64,000 bases of DNA from Octopus vulgaris (GCA_951406725.2 OX597826.1:43276001-43340000), one strand, 5' to 3'. Shown: positions 1 to 11,554, numbered from the stretch's first letter. Numbers and translations: made by a program. Notes: generated by a model not told the origin, from the letters alone.

Positions 1-48
1 ATTATCATCATTATCATTATCATCATTATTATTATTATTATTATCATC

Positions 49-92
<44 letters not shown>

Positions 93-111
93 CATTATCA
101 TCATTATTATT

Positions 112-166
<55 letters not shown>
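1..166. repeat. (ATT/ATC)n trinucleotide microsatellite
   Basis: Direct reading of the sequence. Confidence 0.97.
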
Positions 167-439
167 TGTTGTTGTTTAAGTGATATTATGAGAGAATGAG
201 TAGATCTGTTGAGTCGGTAGATTGACAAAGCGGATAGAATAACTGTGTTCACAGCGTAGTAAAGTCGGCGAAATACCTGACAAAATAACTTTAAGAATTT
301 AAATTTCTTATTTCCAGGTTTCGAATTCGACAGGCGCTTACTTTGCCTTTCAGCATTCTCGCATCAATAAAATAAGTACTCTGGTTAGGGATCGCCGATT
401 TCGACTAATCCTGGAAATGATGTGTGCTTCTGCTTGACT

Positions 440-950
440 TAGCTATCTCTCGAAATTCTGTGACTGATGATGCACAGGTAGGCACCAGAGACTTAGGCAT
501 GTACCGAATTTCTTGGACGAAATACAGTTCGAAAGTTAACCACAACTTCACCAAGAACAACCTTTTCCAGATTTACTAGCTGGAAGAAAATAACAGACAT
601 GAGTCTGGAAAACGAAAGTGTATGAACGAGAATTCTCGTAAAAGAGCTACATTTTACCTGAGGACCTTATGCAACAGTGGGCTAAAAGATGGGCGAATTT
701 CCATATGCCTTTCAAGTAGGAGTTTGAGTGAAGCTTCACTGTTGTATACCAGACTGTACTTTTCCTCGTTGGGCTCACATCGTAGGAAAGAATTGGTTTC
801 AGTTTTAAGGCTGTGCACGAGAAAGCAGGCAGAGATCGTGTGCACAAAGGTTGGTGCTGCAACGCATGGATAACAGAAATTCGAAGCTTGTGGTCTGGGT
901 TATAGATGCAGATATAAAACTTTAGCACGTTGTCTACTCTGCGGCACAAT
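440..950 (+). mobile_element. Possible highly decayed RTE-clade LINE 3' fragment
   Basis: Broken-frame peptides (ISRNSVTDDAQV, WKKITDMSLE, RWANFHM, LYFSSLG) loosely follow the order of RTE post-RT motifs. Many frameshifts; weak. Confidence 0.3.
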
Positions 951-980
951 ATGTGCATGGCGAGCGCTGCTGCTGCTGCT

Positions 981-1182
981 GTTGTGGTTGTTAAGCAACA
1001 AGATGGGTAAGGGTGATTAGGTGATGGTCTAGGGCTTAGGGGCGGGAGACCCCAGACCTTGGAAAAAAAACTTTGGTCGTCTTGTTGTAGTCGAGGGCTC
1101 TTCGTTGACGCCCGACACCACTGGGAGGTGACCCTCGAAGTCGCTGGATATGGAGATCTCCAGGTTCAAATTCTCGGACGGC
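981..1182 (-). mobile_element. Short non-tRNA retroposon with candidate 5' HDV-like ribozyme (copy 1)
   Basis: Reverse complement aligns with 34318-34500. Short AAC-type tail at 981-992. Flanked on both sides by (GCT)n, consistent with a TSD inside a CAG/CTG repeat. Confidence 0.85.
1091..1180 (-). ncRNA. Candidate HDV-like self-cleaving ribozyme
   Basis: Hand fold: P1 GTCCGAG/GTCGGGC (6 of 7 pair), J1/2 hairpin CTGGA/TCCAG, P2 TCGAGGGTC/GA(G)CCCTCGA, P3 ACC/GGT, L3 TCCCAGT, J4/2 CGAA, essentially no P4. Confidence 0.55.
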
Positions 1183-1291
1183 TGCTGCTGCTGCTGCTGC
1201 TACTACTACTTTGTGACATCGCTGATTATATACTGAACTCTGATTTTATGTTAGGACTAATTGTGGTTATAGGGCTAAGTGTGATGATTAT

Positions 1292-1920
1292 AGGCTCAGG
1301 TGTGGCTGAGTGGCAAGAAGCTTGTTTCCCAACTACGTGGTTCCGAGTTCAGTTCCACTACGCGACACCGTGGGCAAGTGTCTTCTACTATAGCTCCGAA
1401 CCGACTAAATCCTTGTCAGTGCATGTGGGGGAGACGGATACAGAAAGAAGCCTGTCTTGTGTGTGTGTGTGTGTGTGTGTGTATCTACACCGCTTGACTG
1501 CCAGTATTAGTCTCTTCTAAGACGGCGAGCTGACAGAAATGTTAGCACGCTGGGTGAAATGCTTAGCAGTATTTCATCTGCCGCTACGTTCTGAGTTCAA
1601 ATTCCGCCGAGGTCGACTTTGCCTTTCATCCTTTCGGGGTCGATTAAATAAGTAGTAGTTACGCACTGGGGTTGATATAATCGACTTAATATGTTTGTCT
1701 GTCCTTGTTTGTCCTCTCTGTGTTTAGCCCCTTGTGGGTAGTAAAGAAATAAGTATTGGACTCTTCTCAGCAAAAAGAGATCCGATAGAGATTCGATATA
1801 CTAAGCATAGACAAAAGAAAGTAAATACTTCGGGTCGATTTGTTCAACCAATCCCTTCAACGCGGTGCTCCAGTGTGGTCGCAGTCTAATGACTGAAACA
1901 AGTAAAGATAAACTATAAAA
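1292..1920 (+). mobile_element. tRNA-derived SINE family B (CORE-like), interrupted by a family A SINE
   Basis: A-box TGGCTGAGTGG, B-box GAGTTCAGTTCC, CORE-like CACCGTGGGCAAGTG, internal (TG)n, 3' end ...AATGACTGAAACAAGTAAA. Matches copies at 20911, 28119 and 46820. Confidence 0.9.
1520..1752 (+). mobile_element. tRNA-derived SINE family A (Meta/MESC-like central domain)
   Basis: GGCGAGCTG(A/G)CAGAA head, GAGTTCAAATTCC B-box, GCCTTTCATCCTTTCGGGGTCGAT domain, imperfect TSD AGTATT..CTCTTCT. Confidence 0.92.
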
Positions 1921-2433
1921 GACATGGTTCATCGATTTGCATATTTGTTTTATTTATTGAGCGACAAAAAAAAAAAGATTATAAAGTCAACCCTGATGTA
2001 ATTTGATCTCAGAAACAATAGGTAACGAAATATCAGCTGAAAGTTTAGACTACTGTCTGCGCTACTTCAACCAGAATTAAAACAATCTTGCGGCAAGTCA
2101 AGTCAAGCGGACGATGTAATCTTGATTTTTTTCGGTTGAAGCTATTTCATCTCATTTACTCCGCCAATACTCATGAGAAAGCTGTAAAAGTCATACAGCG
2201 TTATCACTTGTACTGTAAATAAACTGGGGCCTAGCCCGAGTCGTTAAAAAAATTTCGGTTTTGATTCTGTTGTGTGACATCTTAAGCGACTGTCGTTTTT
2301 TTTCCGTTTTGTTTTTCTATAGTCTTGAGTCGATCTATATTTTGTGCTGACGGAAAATGATCAATTCTCTGGATGAATTGAAGGACGGTTAGATTGTACC
2401 AGCAATTCAAAAGGTACAGCCTTGACACACTGT

Positions 2434-2847
2434 GCGGCGAGCTGGCTGAAACGTTAGCTCGCTGGGTGGAATGCTTTGCGGTATCTCGTCTGCCGCTACG
2501 TTCTGAGTTCAAATTCCGCCGAGGTCGACTTTACCTTTCATCCTTTCGGGGTCGATTAAATAAGTACCAGTTACGCACTGGGGTCGATATAATCAACTTA
2601 ATCCCTCTGTCTGTCCTTGTTTGTCCCCTCTGTGTTTAGCCCCTTGTGGGTAGTAAAGAAATAGGAATTTCGTATGCCGTTACGTTCTGAGTTCAAATTC
2701 CGCCGAGGTCGACTTTGCCGTTCATCCTTTCGGGGTCGATAAATTAAGTACCATTTACGCACTGGTGTCGATGTAATCGACTTAATCCGTTTGTCTGTCC
2801 TTGTTTGTCCCCTCTATGTTTAGCCCCTTGTGGGCAATAAAGAAATA
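2434..2847 (+). mobile_element. SINE family A, tandem (1.5-mer) copy
   Basis: Body repeated twice (2434-2663 and 2664-2847); TSD ACACACTGTG / ACATACTGTG. Confidence 0.92.
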
Positions 2848-3265
2848 ACATACTGTGTCAGTTTGATTTTTCCTGAATTATATTAACCTTTTAGCATTCA
2901 GAATACTTTGTCAAATATTATGCTCATTTATTTACATTGTTTTGAATTAATCAAGTATTATCTCGTAGCATTAGAATTTTGACGATGCGATTACATATTT
3001 TTAGAATGACATTGTAGTGTAGGTGTGAGAGATAGGATCTGGCTGACCTGCGCATAAAACAGATAGAATATTTAGGCCGGATACGGTTGGGGGTTAAATG
3101 CTTATGGACTAAGGGTGCACATGTCTTTGAAATACTCAGTCATTTAACAGGGTATGTCTATGGAACTGGTAGATTAGTTATTCAAACAACTGAGTCTTGT
3201 GATCGGAAATTCCGACCGACATCTAGAAACTAGTCTTACACACACACACACACACACAAAGCAGT

Positions 3266-3597
3266 GGGCGCAGACATTGCTGTGTGGTAAAAAAAAGCTC
3301 GTTTTGCAACCATGTGGTTTCAGGTTCAGTCCCGCTGCGCAACACCTTGGGTAAGTGTCTTCTGCTATAACCTCGGGCCAACCAACGCCTTATGAGTGAA
3401 TTTACTAGCCGGAAACTGTGTTGAAGCTCGTCGTATACACGCTTGTGTTTGTCTTTGTGTTTGTGTTTTTCCTCCACCACCGCTTGACAACAAAGTGTTG
3501 CTTCTTTTTTCGACGTTCCCGTAACTTAACACTTCGACAAAATGTGGTGCACATGCAATGGCCGCCGTCCAATGACTGAAACAAGTAAAAGATAAAC
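3266..3597 (+). mobile_element. SINE family B
   Basis: GGTTCAGTCCC B-box, CACCTTGGGTAAGTG, 3' AATGACTGAAACAAGTAAAAG; internally deleted. Confidence 0.88.
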
Positions 3598-4443
3598 AAA
3601 TATTATTTCAGTTTTTCTTAGTGTTGATCCTGATATAGGAACCGTTTCTCAAAAATCGCTAGTTTTTCATGAGAATTGCACGAAAGTTCTATCTATATTT
3701 TCACTTCCATTTTCGCAGTAAATTTTGGGCTTTTCGCCTAAATAGAAAGACGAAACAATATTAGTTTTTGTTCGTTTCCATTCGCTTCCCAGCATTGCCG
3801 TTTATTAATACAGAGCCCACCCTTGTCTTACATCTAGTAATTACCCATATTTACATTCTACTGTCTTGTGTTTACACTATCTTTATGAAACACGAGCTAG
3901 CATTTCCACCCTTATCCCTTATCCCTTTCTCTCTCTGTCTCTATTGAATGTCTTTCTTATCATACTTAATACACATGCACTTAACGTACTGATTGCTATC
4001 ATCGCATATGCTACTTCTATTCTTGCCGCTTGCAATTTGTTTCAATATATCTATCTAGTTTCTATTTTATATTTTCACATTAATGAACGAGCGATAGAAA
4101 TGCTTTTAGCTTCAACGTTATAAAATCCGCTCACTTATGAGTTTATTTAGTACTGACCAAAGCTAGAATTTTGGTGCAGAAAATTCTAAGTTCCCAGCTA
4201 CCAGTGAAATATCTTCAATTTTTTTTTTATTAGCATAATATAAATAAAGTAGAAGTAAAGTACAGTGGTTGGTGGTATCGACTTACCCCTCGTTTAAGAT
4301 TGCTGTTTCTTTCTTTTTTTTTTTTAACCAAGATTAAAGCTAGTTATTATCCGAATGCAATGATTTATTGAAACACTCTTTTTTCCATATTAGTTTGAAG
4401 TCGAGTATCTCCATAATATCGTAGGCAGGTGTTCCGAATCTGA

Positions 4444-4662
4444 AGGCGGCGAGGTGGCAGAGACATTAGCGTGACGGGCGAAATGCGTAGCCGTATTTCA
4501 TCCGCCGTTACGTTCTGAGTTCAAATTCCGCCGAGGTCGACTTTGCCTTTCATCCTTTCGGAGTCAATAAATTAATTACCAGTTACGCACTGGGGGTCGA
4601 TGTAATCGACTTAATCCGTTTGTCTGTCCTTGTTTGTCCACTCTTGTGGGTAGTAAAGAAAT
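4444..4662 (+). mobile_element. SINE family A
   Basis: Near-consensus copy; TSD AGGTGTTCCGAAT at 4427 and 4663. Confidence 0.92.
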
Positions 4663-4677
4663 AGGTGTTCCGAATGT

Positions 4678-5045
4678 GGAGGCACGTGACTTAGTGACCA
4701 GCGGTTGGGGGTTGGACTGATGATCGTAAGATTGTGGTTTCGATTCCTGGATCGGGCGAGACATTATGTTCTTGAGCAAAACACTTCATTTCACGTTGCT
4801 TTACTTCACTCAGCTGGTAAAAACAAATGAGTAATCTCGCTGCAGATCGGCGTTCTGTCGTGTGGCTTAGTGATTGGGAATGTGATGGGGGTGGACTCAT
4901 GATCATAATATTGTAGTTTCAACTCCTGGACCGGGCGATGTGTTATGTTCCTGAGCAAAATACTTCATTTCACGTTGTTCCAGTTCACTCAGCTGGTGAA
5001 AATGAGTAATCTTATCGCAGACCAGCGTTCCATCCAAGGGACAAT
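4678..5045 (+). mobile_element. Two tandem 5' halves of tRNA-derived SINE family C
   Basis: Two units with TGGCTTAGTG-like A-box, GGTTTCGATTCC-like B-box and TGAGCAAAACACTTCATTTCACGTTG. Similar unit at 62381-62560. Confidence 0.8.
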
Positions 5046-5322
5046 ATATACTCCACAGATTAGAGTTCGCCGGTTCAATATACTAAAACACGGAGTAAAA
5101 GCAACCGTTCTGATCATTTTGGCCGGCATGGGTTTTGCAGTGAATCACTAAATCATCCATAACTTTTGTATTATCCTCTCAAATTACACCAGAATCTCAG
5201 ACAATAACAAAACATATCGTATTTATTGTCTGTGAAAATTATAGAATATAAAACAACTTTGATAAAAAATTGTACCTACTTTTCTAACGAAAACAATGCC
5301 GTTCTGAACATTTTGGCCGCCA

Positions 5323-5366
<44 letters not shown>

Positions 5367-5370
<4 letters not shown>

Positions 5371-5505
5371 TTGTTCCTTCTCGTTCTATCCCTGTCTCAT
5401 TAGGGCCGGTTTCCTGGTTTCCTTGGCGTATAGGTTCCCCACCTGGACGGGTCGCCAGTCCGTCGTAGGTGAGTTTCCAGATGCAGGAGGAAAGAGTGAG
5501 AGACA
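5367..5505 (-). mobile_element. 3' part of a family C-related SINE
   Basis: Homologous to 18715-18955 (+) and 63130-63360 (+): ...CGTCCAGGTGGGGAACC...GAAACCGGCCC. Confidence 0.75.
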
Positions 5506-5522
5506 TATATATATATATATAT

Positions 5523-6173
5523 GTCTTGTTTCAGTCATTAGACTGCATGTTGGGATTCAGCCTTGAAGAATTTTAGTCGAACAAATCAATCCCAGTACAT
5601 ATTTTTTAAAAGTCGTTAAGTTACGGGACATAAACCCACCAACACCGATTGGAAAAAATAACAGAAAAAAAACAACAAAAGTCAATTGGATAACATATTG
5701 AATATATTGATGATCAGTGAAAGTTTTTGATGGAAAAATAGAAGCAGATATGACGTTTCGAGCATGGGTCTTCATCAGATAGAGAAAAGTGTCCAGAGAA
5801 GAGGAAAAGGAGGTGGGGCAGATAATCTGGGGAAAAGGAGAAAAGCACTCGTGTCGTAACAGCCAAACTATAACCGATCGGGTGTTAGAGAAATAGAGAA
5901 TATGGTTTTTGAAGGCAGGAAACAGCAAAAATGATCATTGTATGTATGTATGTGTGTATGTATAGTGTATATATGTTTTTTATAGATATGTACATAATAT
6001 ATATGACGGGGTTTTTCAGTTTTCGTCTACTGAATCGACTCACAAAGCTTTGCTCAGCTATAGTAGAAGATACTCGCCCAAGGTGCCGCGTAGTGGGGCT
6101 GAACCTGGAACCATGTGGTTGGGAAGCAGACTTTTTACCACACAGCCATGACATCTATCTCCCTCTCTCTCTT

Positions 6174-6226
<53 letters not shown>

Positions 6227-6420
6227 ACTTTATCTATCTACCTATCTAAATCAGCACTCCAAATAGTTTTCGTATACCAAATTCCCTCACGGAGCATTAG
6301 TCGGCCCGAGGCATTGGTAGAAGACACTTGCCAAAGGTGCCACGCAATGAGACTGAAGTCGAAACCGAATAGTAGTAGCAAAGTGAACGTCTTAACCACG
6401 CAACCATGTCTGCATCTATA
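5523..6420 (-). mobile_element. Cluster of family B SINE fragments flanking a Penelope-like remnant
   Basis: Reverse-complement family B pieces at 5523-5650, 6003-6150 and 6262-6420. The purine-rich segment 5740-5930 carries a hammerhead-like motif. Confidence 0.75.
5748..5781 (-). ncRNA. Decayed minimal (Penelope-type) hammerhead motif
   Basis: Minus strand TAT-CTGATGA-AGACCCATGCTC-GAAA-CG-TC-ATA. Core intact, palindromic ACGT stem III, weak stems I and II. Confidence 0.55.
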
Positions 6421-6859
6421 TCTGAACAGCATTCATAAAGATTTTATCATTCGATTGAGTAACTACTATATAAGGTATATAACATCATCACACAGGGTGA
6501 AGCGTTGCATCGTAATAATATAAGCCTGAACTAATTAGTGTCTATGTTCATTTATTCTGAGTTGCTTATTTAAGCTTGACTTCAAGTAATTAACCTCGGT
6601 GATTGGTGAGAATCATGAGGTCACTGTTAGTTAGTTAGTTAGTCTTATTTCAGAATCCAATCACGATTACAGATCGCTGCGCTGTAAGGATATCGATGAA
6701 ATACATACAGAGAGAGTGAAGAGTCCGTGGATTACACCACGCAAAGAAGCGGATTAAGTGACGAGAGTTTGTATCCAAATCTATTGACGTTAAAATATTT
6801 TTCCATATAAAACTATAAAATAAAAACAATTAATTCCCCCCAATTTTTTCTTCTAATTT

Positions 6860-7797
6860 TGGCACAAAGTCAGCAGTTTTGATGAGGGAGAGAGAGAGAG
6901 AAGTGGATTACATTGACTCTAGAGCCAAACTGGTATTTATTTTAAGGCGGCGAGCTGGCAGAAACGTTAGCATGCCGGGCGAAATGCGTAGTATTTCGTC
7001 TGTCGTTACGTTCTGAGTTCAAATTCCGCCGAGGTCGACTTTGCCTTTCATCCTTTCGGGGTCGATAAATTAAGTACCAGTTACGCACTGGGGTCGATGT
7101 AATCGACTTAATCCGTTTGTCTGTCCTTGTTTGTCCCCTCTATGTTTAGCCCCTTGTGGGTAGTAAAGAAATAGGTATTTATTTTAACGACCACGAAAGG
7201 GATGAAAGTAGGATAGAACTCAGTGGCGTTTGAACTCAGAACGTAAAGATCTAGAATAAATATCATTAAGAATTTTGTCCGTCGCGCTAACGATCTTGAC
7301 TGCTCGCTGCCTTACAATAATCCTTTCTACTATAGGCAGAAGGCCTGAAGTTTGGGGGAAGGGGCTAGTCTGGTACTTATTTCATCGACCCCGAAAGGAC
7401 GAACGGCAAAGATGACCACGGCGGAATTTGAATTCAGAATGTAAAGACGGGTGAAATGTCCCTGAGCCAAAACTCGGTGGAATTTGAACTTTGAACGTAA
7501 ACACGGGCTAAATGTCACTAAGCATTTTGTCCGGCATGCTAACGGTTCTATCAGTTCGTCGCCTTATAATAATGATAATAATCCTTTGTGCTGCAGGCAC
7601 AACGCCTGAAATTTTGGGGGAGGGGTCCAGCCGATTACATCTACCCCAGTTTTTCACTGGTACTTAATTTATCGACCCCGAAAGGATGAAAGGCAGAGTC
7701 GACCTCGGCAGAATTTGAACCTAGTATGTAGCGACGGGCGAAATACTGCTAAACATTTTGCTCAGCGTGCTAACAATTCTACCAGCTCGCCGCCTTC
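6860..7797. mobile_element. Nested and inverted cluster of family A SINEs
   Basis: Plus copy 6945-7173 with TSD GGTATTTATTTTAA, inserted into a minus copy (about 6860-7315); further minus copies at about 7325-7565 and 7585-7797. Confidence 0.9.
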
Positions 7798-7798
7798 A

Positions 7799-7860
<62 letters not shown>

Positions 7861-8056
7861 TTCATAGGGATGTTGAAGATGAGACAGACAGAGAAAAAAA
7901 GATGGCTGTGGATGACTAAAAGTGATTTAAAACCGGAAACGAAGGCTCTTATCTGTGCTGCCCAGGAGCAAACGCTAAGAATGAATTACATCAAATACAG
8001 AATAGACAGCTGGCACCGTAGTACATCTCCAGCGACAGAAGCCGTGCAAAGACAAT
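7861..8056 (+). mobile_element. R4/Dong-clade LINE fragment embedded in (AAT)n
   Basis: Peptide WLWMTKSDLKPETKALICAAQEQTLRMNYIKYRID matches the linker preceding the CCHC/RLE domain of R4-type elements; (AAT)n on both sides (7804-7860 and 8057-8204). Confidence 0.75.
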
Positions 8057-8144
8057 AAATGATGATGATGATGATAGTAGTAATAATAATAATGATAATA
8101 ATGATAATAATAACAACAACAACAATAATAAAAATAAAAATAAA

Positions 8145-8193
<49 letters not shown>

Positions 8194-8811
8194 GTAATAA
8201 TAATATTTGAAGTTTGCTAAACGATAGGGTTCTCAATTTAGTTTCGAGAAGCGAGCGATCTAATAGAAACAAATTCAAAATTTGTCCTCGGTTGCAAAAT
8301 CAAAACTAGGTATCAAAATATATTTCCGAAACGACATATCAATAAATTAATATTAAATAAATAATCTAGAATTGCCAGCAATTACAGATGTATATTAAAT
8401 ATAAATAAACTTAATTTTAACTCCCAGCTCATCTTACGAGTTACTGTTTCATCAAATGATTTATAAATCGACTGGAATCCAATACTGGCAAATTCTGAAT
8501 TAGAATATATTTCTAAATAAATAACATTTTCCCATTAACTTTACCTCCGTTTGATTTATTACAAGAACATCTGAATATTTCTAATATATAACCGGGATTA
8601 AATGCAGTATTAAATATAATTTCCTTATACTTTATGTATGTATATTCGACACATTTTTCTTAAATCACAGCAAACTCAGCTGCTGGTTAGGGTAATCAGG
8701 AAAAGTTTTCAGTAAATGACATATCAATGAGCGTTAACGCCTTGCCCGTCCAAAGTATTTTCATAAATTTGTTTTAAACGTTCATGCTTGTTTTCAGAAT
8801 TTTAGTTAACG

Positions 8812-9500
8812 CAGGGGTTCGCAGCCATTTTTATCTATAAACTTTCGATTACTAATTTATTCTGGTGTATCTCCATAGCTATTTGATGTTTACAAATCAA
8901 GTTTTAAAGATACTTCTTCCAAAATTCCCCATTTTGTTTTTCACACATTAACTTGTGTAAGGTGAACTATGTATAACGTTAGAGAAAAAAACTTAACCGT
9001 TTCTTGCAATACATACCAATACATACAACTAAAGCAGAATGTTTTCAGGGGCCCTTAAAATACTATTGTGGATCCCTAATTTACTACTTCCAAAATTCCC
9101 ATTTTGTTTTTCACACATTAACTTGTATAAGTTGAACTATGTATAACGTTAGAGAAAGAAACTTAACCGTTTCTTGCAATACATACCAATACATACATCT
9201 AAAGCAGAATGTTTTCAGGGGCCCTTAAAATACCATTATGGATCCCTAATTTACTACTTCCAAAATTCCCATTTTGTTTTTCACACATTAACTTGTGTAA
9301 GTTGAACTATGCATAACGTTAGGGAAAAAAAACCTAGATGTTTCTTGCAATACATACCAATATATACATCTAAAGCAGAATGTTTTCAGGGGCCCTTAAA
9401 ATACCATTGTGGATCCCTAATTTATTATCTTATTGTGTGGACCCCACAAAATCTTAAATGGACCCTCAGGGGCGAAAAGGGCCCCGGTTGAGGACCACTG
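8812..9500. mobile_element. hAT (Charlie/MER5-like) MITE with internal 3x ~170 bp tandem repeat
   Basis: TIRs CAGGGGTTCGCAGCC / GGTTGAGGACCACTG; 8-bp TSD AGTTAACG / AGTTAACC; repeat units start at 8916, 9087 and 9257. Confidence 0.88.
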
Positions 9501-9819
9501 AGTTAACCCTTGTTTCATACTTTCATTTCGTAAGTCTCAAGTTACTCTGGTGGTTGGAAGCAACTGGGAATGTGTATCATATGTGATGCATGGCCACCAG
9601 AAAAATATGTCATACGTGACATGTGGTGATATACAAGATAGGTGAAGGATTAAGTTGGTCTTCATGGAACACAAACCCTGGCTTTTCATGCAGATTCAAA
9701 ATATCTGAAGGTGTAAGCACAAAGAATCGAATATGAGTTTTATTTCTTTTAATTAATCTCTATTTTTGTTGCTCAGTGCGGGTTAGGCTTTGCTGGTCAC
9801 TGCTATCATGCTTGACACC

Positions 9820-10408
9820 AGGCCACATCGGATGTTACATTCTGAAAATTTCTACAACGAAGACCACTCAAGTACATTGATGTTATTGGCAGACACACCA
9901 CACACTCATACATTGGTAGATGTACACACAACATGGAAACTGAGGACCTTCCAAAGCTAATGGTTAACGAAGATTCTTGGAGCAGCTGCTTGAAGCAGAA
10001 TATCAACAATTCTCGTCTTGATCATGATAGTGGAAGTTAAATACATCTATGACCCAAAGAGTTATACTGGGAGTTTTTTGCCTTACAGGTCAAAATAGAC
10101 TGGGGAGGTCTGAAGTGAGGGACTTGACTAAATGAAAATTACTATGAGAAGTCTTGGGAAGCAGTATGGTGTAGAGGTGCACAGTTTCGGCGGAGAAATC
10201 GATTAACTAATGATTACGGCAACAATCGAAAGATATTGAAAGATGGAATCGCATCGATGACATTGATCTGGGTCACCTAGTTCTGAAAGTGAACGGCTGC
10301 TAACATCTATAGAAATGGCGATCAGAGATGTCATTCTGCGAGCGAAGCATTTCATTAAATCCGAGCAAAGTCACCCACGATGATGATGATGATGATGATG
10401 ATGATGAC
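9820..10408 (+). mobile_element. Decayed RTE-like LINE 3' ends
   Basis: Peptides RRPLKYIDVIG..METEDLPKLMVNEDSW and RWNRIDDIDL..KWRS resemble RTE C-termini; ends in a (GAT)n tail at 10379-10408. Confidence 0.45.
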
Positions 10409-10465
10409 TACATGTATGCACCTTTGAACATAAGAATATGAAGAAAGACAGGCAGTTTACTCTAT

Positions 10466-10523
<58 letters not shown>

Positions 10524-10546
10524 TACATACATACATAAATACATAC

Positions 10547-10611
<65 letters not shown>

Positions 10612-11409
10612 ATTCCAGTGGAATGAAGTGATCATCCGGATCGATAACAGAAGAGTGAGGTATCATGTTCAATATCAGAGGGTTAATATTATCGGATCAC
10701 TTACATATCAACTTTAGGGCTTAATACCCATTAGCTTTATTAGTATATTCCAATTCGGTTAACTCTATTTTATGTACTGCACTGAGGTAAAAACTCGGGG
10801 CGATTGAGGCTGATTAACTACGAATTCAATAAACTATTAATATCACGATAATAAACCGCGAAAGGTCTGAAAACGTAGTTTTGTAACAGCTTCTAATTAG
10901 AGATTTACTAAATAAATTTCGTCTAAAAAAATAAAAACGCAAAATTTAATGATATTAAAAGTCTATGATTAATAACACATTTCAGTCTTTTATTTTTCAG
11001 ATACAAAATGGAAAATTTTCGTCTGGTATCCTACGATGAACAGCATGAAAAAATTAGGAACTGAAATATTTGTTCTTTTTCAATTTTGGTTGTTTGTTCT
11101 TTTCCTTTGGTAAATTGAAAATAGAATTCGCATTATTTTCAATTTCTTTTTGTGAAATACGAAAAATGAACTTGATGATCCTGCATTTGCTCTGTTGGTA
11201 GAAGTAATAAAGACTTTTTCATTATTCAGTATTGTTTAGGTTCCTTTATGATAAACACGCTATCTGTTTGTGCAAACATAGCTGAAAAGGATTTTCCGTC
11301 CCCAATAGTGTAAACATCATAAAACACGGCATAGCGAGAGATTAAAATAAAAGAACAAAGAACAGGAAAAGCAATTACTAATGCTAGCTACTCACAAAGT
11401 AAATCTCCA

Positions 11410-11496
11410 TCTATCTATATATAGATGTACATCATATATACATACATACATACAGACGCATATATGTGTGTGTATCTTATACATACATACATACAT

Positions 11497-11554
<58 letters not shown>

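Noticed and set aside
1107-1182. Plus-strand tRNA-like fold with B-box GGTTCAAATTC
   Set aside because: No T-stem or anticodon stem, the motif is altered in copy 2, and both tail orientation and G-U pairs favour the opposite strand.
1059-1520. 153-aa hydrophobic ORF
   Set aside because: A chimeric read-through of the antisense retroposon, a CTG repeat and a SINE.
464-4725. CTGATGA at 464 and 4717
   Set aside because: No stem II followed by GAAA and a UH triplet.
8916-9422. CRISPR-like array
   Set aside because: Contiguous 170-bp tandem units without unique spacers, in a eukaryotic transposon context.
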